This document shows positions 45,763 to 55,016 of a stretch of DNA of 64,000 nucleotides, in pieces. The stretch's first letter is position 1, and every line of letters begins with the position of its first letter. Where the stretch lies: NCBI GenBank assembly GCA_946965045.2, contig OX337228.1, forward strand, positions 496,001 through 560,000, read 5' to 3'. The position numbers and the translations under genes were made by a program. The notes below the pieces were generated by a model, which did no database searches, was not told the origin of the DNA, and saw only the letters and a list, made by a program, of their open reading frames with translations. The DNA is from Epithemia pelagica (taxonomy: Eukaryota; Protista; Bacillariophyta).

Positions 45763-47397
45763 TTACTCCTCATTGTCCTTTGATGCATCCTCCATTGTTT
45801 TCATGACGACTTTGTATCGCCTATCGATCACATGGAACTCACGTTTGGCCTCGAGGAACGCTTCACCAAACTCGTACCGCTGTGAATCAGAGGCAATAGT
45901 GCTTGTACTTTGTTGCGACAAAGGAATCTGTGGCTGAAATCCATCCAACTGTCCTCGCATTTGGTCTAGGACTCCATCATAGAGGTGCTTCTCTCCATCA
46001 ACCTTTTTTGTTGCCTTGAGGTTTGCTTTAGCCGTCTTCATTTCATTTTTCTTTACGGTATGGAGTGGGGTCAATTGTTCAAGTTCAGCCATCATAGCAT
46101 TGGAGGCTTGAGTCTTTACAGCCAAGGCTTGATGTGCCACTAGCTTCTCTTTCAAAGCATTACTTGCTTTGATGGCTTCGACCAATTGTTTGTTAGACTC
46201 GTGGAGTTGCTTCTGTTTCTTGTAAGAGCGTTGTTTCTTTCCATCCGATGGGTTGGTCGACTGAGAGAAAACACTTGGATCCCGAAACAAACGAAGGACA
46301 AGGTCAGAAAGGTTTGCTTCTTCGACAAAGTTGTGAAAATACATCAAATAATACTTTGATCGAACAAAATGAATGAATGATTTCTGACTTTCTTGGTCTG
46401 TGGGAGGAGAGATCTCTTCATTATCTTCGTCGACATCTGAGTATGCATCACCATGGTTCCCAGAGCGTTTGTAGTTATAGAAAGACGTAGTGTAGAGACG
46501 CCGCAGTTCCGCGACTGCCTTCTTTGCTTTCTCTTTGTCAAATCTTCCACGAAGGAGTCCTGGATTGACTGAGGTTTGATTGGGGATTCCTCTCCCATAT
46601 TTATTTGCTTTCAATTCACTGTTATTGGCTTCATTGTATAGTTTGGCTATTTCTTCATGAAGAACGTCTGCAGGCAAGCGTCGGTCATCAATCTCACGAC
46701 GAGTGGCTGTCGAACACAGATTTGGGAGCAGTGGCTTGATTCTATCATGGGAAAGAACATTGACAAGACGGAAATAGTTGGTATACACGACTGTGCTTGT
46801 TGTTGGTATAGTAGTGTTTGACTGCGGAGGAGCACTATTGGCTGTACCAGAACCAGACATACGAGCAGCTGCAATATTTTGTGCAAAAACTTCTTCGTTG
46901 CTTTTCTTCCGCCGTGCATCCAAAATTTTGTCGACGAGCTCTTCGCAGACATCTTGTTTCTTCTTCTGGCGAAGGTTGCGAATGCCAAAGTGGGTGCCCA
47001 CTGTACGGATTTGCTCGTATGTCAAGTTTTTTACCAGGTATCCCCGAATGTGATGAATACGGGAGAGAGGAACCTGTCCTTGGTTAGACTGAGTTGTCAC
47101 CCTGTAGATTTTGGTCGTCCCAAAAATCACATCATCGTAGGTGATGGCCTCAACAATGTGCTTCCATTCTTCAATGGAAGAGGGTTTCCAGTCATGAAAT
47201 GCAGGTTTGAAGTCAGGTAGACGATAGAAATTTGAGTTTGGAGCGACGCGTGGATCATTTTCTTCTACAAGCTGGGCTTTCCCGGCTACATCACCACTAG
47301 CAACACCTCTGGAAACACCACCACCTACATCAGATTGAGTTTGTTGTTGAGAGGCTTGGCTGTACTGTGTGACAATAGGGACAGAAGAGGTGCTCAT
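45763..47397 (-). CDS. Harbinger partner protein (putative DNA-binding), intact
   Basis: 582-aa track ORF convergent with the transposase inside the TIRs; LRRLYTTSFYNYKRSGNH Myb/SANT-trihelix-like segment; likely start MSTSS at 47397. Confidence 0.8.
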   Translation of the reverse strand: MSTSSVPIVTQYSQASQQQTQSDVGGGVSRGVASGDVAGKAQLVEENDPRVAPNSNFYRLPDFKPAFHDWKPSSIEEWKHIVEAITYDDVIFGTTKIYRVTTQSNQGQVPLSRIHHIRGYLVKNLTYEQIRTVGTHFGIRNLRQKKKQDVCEELVDKILDARRKKSNEEVFAQNIAAARMSGSGTANSAPPQSNTTIPTTSTVVYTNYFRLVNVLSHDRIKPLLPNLCSTATRREIDDRRLPADVLHEEIAKLYNEANNSELKANKYGRGIPNQTSVNPGLLRGRFDKEKAKKAVAELRRLYTTSFYNYKRSGNHGDAYSDVDEDNEEISPPTDQESQKSFIHFVRSKYYLMYFHNFVEEANLSDLVLRLFRDPSVFSQSTNPSDGKKQRSYKKQKQLHESNKQLVEAIKASNALKEKLVAHQALAVKTQASNAMMAELEQLTPLHTVKKNEMKTAKANLKATKKVDGEKHLYDGVLDQMRGQLDGFQPQIPLSQQSTSTIASDSQRYEFGEAFLEAKREFHVIDRRYKVVMKTMEDASKDNEE

Positions 47398-47947
47398 GAT
47401 GATGGTCGAACCCAACAAAAACAAACACTCTGCTTTTTGTTGCTCCGAGTAGCATTGGCAGCAAAACGTTGCCCTCACAGCCCTTGCATGCCCGCAGTGA
47501 CTTGCAAGCAATTTTTGCGAGCGCCCGCGCTAAATTTTTAGATTTGGAGTCCCCCCTCGCACTCGCACCTGCCCCCGCACCAAAAAGTAGCCTGATAAGT
47601 TACCGTCTTAGCAGTTTTTTTGCTTCCGAATCGCGTTTTGGTGAGCATGAGCACCAGAATCGCGCTTTTGCTCGTCGATAGAATGGGCCCTGAGTCTTGT
47701 CTGCGGTGTGTTAAGTGAATCAACCTCAAGAAGTTGTACTCCTTATCGAGACGAATCGCGTTTTGGTGAGCATGTGCACCAAAATCATGCTTTTGCGCGT
47801 CGATAGAGTGGGCCCTGAGGTTCGGTCTTATCGGAGCGTGATATCATCTCATATCATAAGTTTTGCACGCTGGAAGATTACCCCCAAGCTGAGGGTGAGT
47901 ATTTAGTCGCATATAAGTCGTACCTAAAGGTACTTCCTGTTACTCAC

Positions 47948-49599
47948 CAGGGTTTGGAAGTCACGTTACCAGGCATACGAACTTGACTTTTACAGCTAAA
48001 GTCTATAATAAAATGTACTCTGACTTAACTTGTACTTTCAAAGTCGCTATCTAACAACTAGGAACTTGACTTCAACTTTACAGTCTTCCAAAGTCTTTCC
48101 CGCTCGCACAAGTTATAGGTATCCGATCGAGTCGTCTCGATAAGGAGTACACCTTCTTGTGGTTGATTCACTTAACACACCGTAGACAAGACTCGAACTA
48201 TCATAACTAGTTCTCTAGGTATGCTATAGAAGACGAGATTGGCGCCATTGACCATGACGGGACTACCAACATTGGCTTACATGTGAGAATCAAAGATACA
48301 TGTGAGAACCTGTGGTCATTGGGAAATGGACAATCATCCAAGGATACGTACAGGATACGTAGACACGGTACATTAGAGATATGACCCAGTAGATCCTCGT
48401 AGCCTTAGTACATTTGGGAAGAAATGCACGTAGGATCTCTGTACCCAGTACTGGGGATAATAACCTAATGTGGCAGCAAAGACAGCCATGGGGAAAGACA
48501 TACAAATCTAGAATAAAGCTCACAATCTAAAATCTCACCATTCATCACATCTCTTTGTGTCCTACCTACTCTCCTAGTAGTTGTTGGCCTTTTCCTTGAC
48601 CCGTGGGGAACTGGCTACGTAGTTGGTGACTCCTGATTGTCCTCTTTGCTCTCTGTCTGCTGAGGCTTTGGTACAGCCTCTAAAACCTAACACTCACCAC
48701 ATTCCTGTTTGGGCAGACGCCCTTTAACCTTTGCGACCCGCACCCCCCATCGACTTGACTTTACGTGTAAACTCAACCTGCATGGAATCCTGAACTTGAC
48801 TTTGACTTTCATCCAAAGTCAAAGTCTCTGTCTCGCGAAAGCAACTTGACTTTAGGCTCTTTGACTTTACAGACTTTGACTTTAAGTCTCAGACTTTACG
48901 ACATAAAGTCTCTATAACACACAACCACCATGGGTATTTGTTGTTTAGACTTTAGACGTGAGACAGTAGTGCACACTTGCAACACTGCCCAATAGTCAGC
49001 AGTCAGCGTTGCCCAGTGCCCAGTAAAGAACCGAAGCACCTCCATCCTCCATCACTCTCCAATTGCCGTGGACCATGAACCATCGACACTCGACACCCTA
49101 TAGACCCCATCTTTCAGTATGCAGTTCTTGCAATATAATCATCTCCCTAGAACACACTCCATTCTCTTTCTTTGCGCTAATGAAGACACAAGTCGATGTT
49201 ACCATCAATGACTACAAAGCCAGACTTGATTCCATCTCTGACACCATTTTCCTAGTGGGTTATAGGGTTACTAGCACTGTCATTTAACTTGTGTGGGTAA
49301 AGTCAGCGAGTACTACTACTGTGACTTGACTTGTGTGGATAAAGTCGGAAGTGGTATGATATGAACTTGACTTTGGGCGTTAAAGTCAGTGTTCTGTATG
49401 CTATGACTTGACTTGCTATGACTTGACTTTACTTGGTGGGGGGCGTGAAGTCGAGGCGATGCGGAGGGCTGACTTGACTTTGTGCGTAAAGTCAGTGCTA
49501 CGAAGTTGAATGACTTGACTTTGGATAGTCCTAAAGTCTTAAAGTTGGTGTTAAAGTCTTAAAGTTTGGTGTTGTCCAAAGTCAGACTTCCAAACCCTG
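47948..49599. mobile_element. hAT-type MITE, copy 2, containing a 633-bp insert
   Basis: Same 15-bp TIR and TTACTCAC TSD (47940-47947, 49600-49607). Confidence 0.9.
48104..48736 (+). mobile_element. Solo-LTR-like insert (633 bp) with TCGCA...TGCGA ends
   Basis: 5-bp TSD CCCGC (48099-48103, 48737-48741); empty site in the first MITE copy (~7710); terminal IR TCGCACAAGTT / TCGCAAAGGTT. Confidence 0.75.
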
Positions 49600-51253
49600 T
49601 TACTCACCCCCTTGGCGCGAGGCCCAAGCTCTCGATTCTGATACAAATTTCACATTACCTCCCTTCATTCATCACGGTAGTGGAGGTGCAGTGGTCTGTA
49701 ACACTCCGAATGTCGACTTCTTCTTCACACAAACGGCACCGTAGTTCCCAAAAGGATGTCAGGAAAGCCTTTGCGGCTCATCGCATTTTCGAAAGGTCCA
49801 CGGCGTCCGATAGAGACGGTATAGAGAGAATAGAGAATCGCCAAAAGCCATCCGACCTCTACATTGCCGAATGACTCCTCCTCTCTTTTCCCTCTACCTT
49901 CTTCCAACAGAGGTGATGCGACCCTTTCCAATTCCCCATACAGGACCCCTTTGGTGAACAACCCCCCGTATCAAGCTGCCGGCACCACGGGAAGACCGGA
50001 ACCGTCCATCTTTTTGGACGCTGCTGCTGCCACCTCTCTGCCGACCATCCCTTCGGTGCATAGCAACTCCACAAGACCTCAGATTCGTGTTACCTCCCAT
50101 CCTTCTTTTCCCCACGCGGCTCCCGCCAGTCTTTCCTCTGCTACCGAAGCAGCTCCCATCAATTCTTCCTCCAATCCACAGCCTGGACAGACAAGGCTCT
50201 CTTCGACATTCTTTGAAACAGACGTGGATCCTTCGGTCATGTGGAGTTTGGCACTCAATCTTCTCCTCCAAAGGCAATGCACATCCTACCATCATCTTCT
50301 GTTGCAAAACAGCAACCACTAGCCAATCCCACTGAGACGGCCAACAATCGTTGTGCTATGGGCAACCAGGGAACCGAACAATCAAATGCGAACAATCCAC
50401 CTAGTGCATCCTTGTATACCATTCCAACCCTTGCCCCTTCTCCCAACACTCTTCTTCATACTGATCCCCGAGGACCACCACAACAGCAATCCCCTCGTCC
50501 TGTCGCTGCCGAGCAACACAAGAAACCAGCAAGCACAAGAACTCCTCAATTCCCCAGCCAGTGAAGAAGATCACAGACTCGTTGTACAAATTCGATGGCA
50601 TCCACCTCTATCATGCAAAGTACCGGCGACTTGTCGAAATTCAATCCTCCATTGACTCTTGTGTCGTCATCGTCGGTGTCCCCTCAATCTTTGACTTTGA
50701 CATCCGATACAAGCTTTTTCAGAGATTGGAAGCAACGGAAGATGATGGAGGCACATTTGGGTTGACAAATGGAAACGACGATGGAACAGTAGGGAGACAA
50801 ACTGGACCGAGCAATAAATTATTTGGAAGCATACAAGCAATCATTGAAAAAAAAAATTCGTTTAGTATTGATTCATATTAATTGACCAAACGAGAAGGAT
50901 GGTTGGAGGGATGCAAGGTGACGATGGAGCACACCTTCACAGGCTTGGAGTTGCCACGGACGGGCTTTCTTGCCATGCCAGTCAGAAAAAGTCTTCGGGG
51001 TAGACAGACATGTTTTTCGATTGGATGCGGTTTGTGTCGAGTGTAGTAGAATGGGACGTGAGATGACCCAGAAGGTGTTGTTAGGGGTATCGGACTTGGG
51101 TGTAACCTTTGGATCAGCTCGGAAACCAGGATGGGTGGTGTAATGAACCTCACTCATTGGTGGCCGTGGTGACTGTGTTGAGGTGCAATGAGGTTTGTAT
51201 CAGAATCGAGAAATCGCCAAAAAAGGACCTCGCGCCAAGGGGGTGAGTATTAA

Positions 51254-51427
51254 TAATTCCCGGTGTCGAGTCCTTTCAAGGAGGGACCGCCCGGCGCGAA
51301 GGGTAGAATGACGAGGAGGGCAATGGTCGCGGAGGGCGCATGTCCGACAAGACAATTGCCCGTCGAGTCATTCTCCCGACAAGCCGGGCGCGCCCGACGC
51401 GAAAGGACGGCCAGACACAGGGAATTA
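51254..51427 (+). other. 174-nt rod hairpin with four 5x5 internal loops (structured element of unknown class)
   Basis: Stems TAATTCCC/GGGAATTA, GTCCTTTC/GAAAGGAC, CGCCCGGC/GCCGGGCG, AGAATGAC/GTCATTCT, GGGCAAT/ATTGCCC; homologous to the minus strand of 3254-3405. Confidence 0.75.
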
Positions 51428-51476
51428 GTAAACTTACTCCCTATCAGGCTGTGTAGTTAGTGAGACTTCCTGGAAG

Positions 51477-51516
51477 AAGTGTCACACAAGTGTCACGCAA
51501 GTGTCATACAAGTGTG
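51477..51516 (+). repeat. 11-bp tandem repeat (AAGTGTCA(C/T)(A/G)C x ~3.5)
   Basis: aagtgtcacac aagtgtcacgc aagtgtcatac aagtgtg. Confidence 0.85.
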
Positions 51517-51610
51517 TTGGTTCTCGAGGAGGGCAAACACAATCTTCAATCTTCATCAACGCCATGCAGATACATTCCATCGGATTGTTCGCAACTTCTT
51601 GGATAGCAAC

Positions 51611-52705
51611 ATGACTGCTCAAGAGGAAGAGATCAGCGAAAAGGAAGAAGAACCAAAGATTGATGAGATTGCCTATCCCTTTATGGGCAAGAAAGCGTTA
51701 TTTTCAGGACTTCGATCTGGCGTATTTGATGCCATTCATGACGCAGTTGCTGCTAATGAGAGCGACAGCTCGAAACGACCGGAGGTATCTTTTGAAAGTA
51801 TAGAGAAGCGGTGTAGCGTGAAGGGAGAACGCTTATGTACGTTGCTCTCAGCGTGTGTGGCCCTATCACTTGTTCGTCGCCGATATACAACGGATGGCCT
51901 GGAGATGTTTTCGCTTCCCAAAGCATCGGCTCATCAACTGGTTCGTTCATCCAAGCGATACTGGGGTGATTATATCTCCGGACAGGTGGACGCACAATTC
52001 TACAGCCGCATGGCAGATTTACATGATACATTAGAATCAGGGAGTACCTCATCGCATGGGTATGACGCGTGGTTTGAATCCGATCCAGAAGCGGCGGAAC
52101 GATACACAAAAGCACAACACAATGGATCATTGGCCACGGCATATGCACTCCATAAGCGACTGCCAGAACTGGCCCAGGAGCGCAGCTCACTGCGCATGTT
52201 GGATGTGGGTGGGGAATCGGGTGCCTTTTCCATTGCCAGTTGCCCAAAGCATTGTGAATCGAGAACCCGACATTCCGGTGCGAGAACGAGTATCGACGTT
52301 GGCTCTTTCGGCGTCGGCTCCTGGAGACTGGGAAGGAGTGGTTGAACCTGAATCCTTTGACGTCGTATTGATGAGCTTTGTCAGTGGGTCTATTCCTCAC
52401 CAAGCTCTCGAAGGATTATATAGAAATGCTTTTCGAGCCCTCAAGCCCGGTGGATTGGCAGTCCTTCATGACTTCTTCGTCGACAATAGCGGCCGTGGTC
52501 CACAAAATGCTGCGCTCTGGCCTTGGCACATGTAACAGTCAATCCGGAAGGCATGGGACTTCGACCGAATCGTATCATCAAGCTTCTATGTGGCAACGAT
52601 GAGCATTGTGGAGCCGGATTTATTGCACCGAAAGTCCTCGATTTGGTCCCAGAGACAACCCAAGTGATTGTGGCTACCAAACCGGAAAAACAAAATCCTG
52701 CATAG
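51611..52705 (+). pseudogene. Class I SAM-dependent O-methyltransferase (COMT/ASMT-like) with two frame breaks
   Basis: N-terminal dimerisation-like region, LDVGGESG (motif I), FDVVLMS, ALKPGGLAVLHDF; split over ORFs 51479, 52056, 52523. Confidence 0.85.
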
Positions 52706-53760
52706 AACGCGACTGGGAAGAGTTGGACCAGTGGGAATCCGGGGCAAGAAAAGAGGCGACGACCAATGTCATCGAATCTTCAAGATGGGAAAGCACTAAT
52801 CGGCTACGGTTACGACCCCTCACAGTCACAGGCCAAATTTTCTTGAAAAGACACCAGATGGAGTACCGAATCGAAAGGACTTGTCGTTCAACTCGTCGCG
52901 GAAGTGGTGTGGCATTTCTCTCCTTGAAATGTTCTCAGCATTATCGGCCAATTGCTACCGAGCGGGCAAGATCCCTTTGATTGGCCATTCTATCCCATCC
53001 AAAGGCATTGTCCGGCCTCGTCCGACTTGCACTGTTCCAGCAGACAACCATAGTCTGTCCACTGGACAATCTCACAACACGGGACACGCCAGACATTGAT
53101 TCGGCATCGTCGCCCGTCCAGAAACGTCCGATTGTCGACTATGTAGTATTGAAATTGAAAGAAGAATCGCCATCACATCCAATCACTAGCCACTTTCAAC
53201 AACAAGAAACCAGAAGAAACTGAGGACTGGATACATCTGCATCGGATGTCGCGGTTTCTTCAACTTTGCGTTGAGAAACCAACGAGGCGTCTTTCAATCG
53301 GATCTTTCCCGAGCGTCTCTTCTATCGAGTGATCCGACCGTTGCGGGTCAAAACTGACGACGTCTCCGTGCTCGAGATGGTTTGTTGACCCGGAAATGGA
53401 AACACGGCAATCAGACGGGTGGTTTTGAAGCATCAACATTGCGAGAATCTTGACAACCGCAAACAAGGAAGTGTCCGTGAGAAGACAAAGACAATGCTTC
53501 TGTTGCCGCTGATGATGGTTGTGGTGGTGGTGCTGTTGCTGGTTTGAGTGAAGAAGGAGTGGATGGCGGCAGTCGAAGATCGCGTGGTCGCTCTCCTCCT
53601 TCAGCCTTGCGGCAAACGTTGAGTCACACAGCGTCGTTGTTGACGAGCGGCGACAACGACTACGACGGGACGAAAAATGGCTATGCCAAAGGCTGTGCCC
53701 AACGTACGAATGCAACAATCATCTCCACGGAACCAAACGAGGCAAATCGGAAACAAGCGC

Positions 53761-53761
53761 C

Positions 53762-53791
<30 letters not shown>
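53761..53791 (+). repeat. (CAA)n microsatellite in a CAA-rich low-complexity tract
   Basis: About ten consecutive CAA units. Confidence 0.9.
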
Positions 53792-53792
<1 letters not shown>

Positions 53793-53988
53793 TACTCAAC
53801 AATCCATTCCTCGTTCCGGCCGAACGAAACAACAACAACAACACACTCAACAATTGGCAACTAGACGTAACAACAGCCCCTAAAGCAACAATCCACTCCT
53901 AGTTTCGGCCGAACAAGAACAACACCCAACGCAACCCAAACGCAACAATCAAACGCTGACAACAAGAGATGAAGATAGAGGAAAGATC

Positions 53989-54114
53989 GACCCATGGACT
54001 AACCTATGCGGCAATCGACCTCTTTGACGAGCAGCGACAACCACAATGACGAACAAACAGACCCATGGACCAACCAACGCAGCAATCAACCTCTTTGACG
54101 AGCAGCGACAACCA
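53989..54114 (+). repeat. ~71-bp-period tandem duplication
   Basis: GACCCATGGAC...CCTCTTTGACGAGCAGCGACAACCA at 53989 and 54060. Confidence 0.85.
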
Positions 54115-55016
54115 GAACAAGCAACGACAAGGAGGAGCAACAAGATCACGACAAATGACTCTACGAGTACGACGAAGCACAATAAGCTACTCGTCTAAAC
54201 TTCCTACTGCGAAAGCGAGCAGCGCACATGGAAACCAGCATGGCTTGCAAGCAGCTGGATCCTCTACCACGACAACCTCGACCGACGAGCCACCCACAGC
54301 AGCAGCACCATATCCATTTTTGCATACATTTCCTGCAGCAGGCTTGGCCGAGGCTGGGTCACAGGCGGTAACGGAACCGTTGGATTTGATAAGCATTCGC
54401 CATCAAATTGCTCCACCAGGTGGAGAAGAGACGTGGGATAGGATTTAGTCGACCTATGGCTACGTATCAAAGGGTCTGGAAGGCTCGCTACTGCAGCCAG
54501 AATGAAAATAAATTATGAACGAAAGCAAAATGGAGAAAGAAAGCAACAATCAACTACGGTCAACTAGACAGAATAGGACGCGAATTCTCCCTCTCTCAAA
54601 CGCATGTGGCCATAAGTACCATCAACATCAGCAAACCAGTCTCATGATGATCGTCAAAAGTGTGACCGTCTCCATTCCAGCTGCTGTTCCATCCTCATTG
54701 TCGGTTGGTGAACAACAAGACGGGTTTGTGAATGAAGGTCTCTTACTTAAAAAACCGTTGAAAACAGACAAATACAGCGGAATGTCTGCTTAGTGATAAG
54801 AGTTTCATGCTCATTTCAGGCCCGCAAGCATCCACCAGAAATATAGACCTATATCCGCTAGTAATCATGTAGAGAAAGCTACTCCTACTATACCCACTGG
54901 CTCCTGAATACTGAACTCAGCCGTCATACCGCCTTGGCGGTTCAATCTACCTAGATGATTTGCATGTACTTTTATGTTGCACTGAGAGAGGGGTGAGCGA
55001 TCACGACTCTCATCCA

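Larger units (their letters stand above)
36419..47690 (+). mobile_element. PIF/Harbinger transposon, copy 2, with Copia-2 inserted in its left TIR
   Basis: Left TIR GGGCCCATTC...GGTGCTCA (36419-36465) resumes TGCTCACCAAAA at 42778; right TIR ends GGGCCC at 47690. Flanks GGA vs TGA are not a perfect TSD. Confidence 0.75.
47819..51249. mobile_element. Second copy of the 3-kb long-armed element; right arm truncated at 51249
   Basis: Matches 7427-10239, after which the sequence switches to the rod-hairpin element. Confidence 0.85.

Noticed and set aside
52750-54450. Gene in the CAA-rich region (ORFs 53260..53718, 54065..54448)
   Set aside because: Low-complexity, repeat-driven ORFs with no recognisable domain or consistent exon structure.
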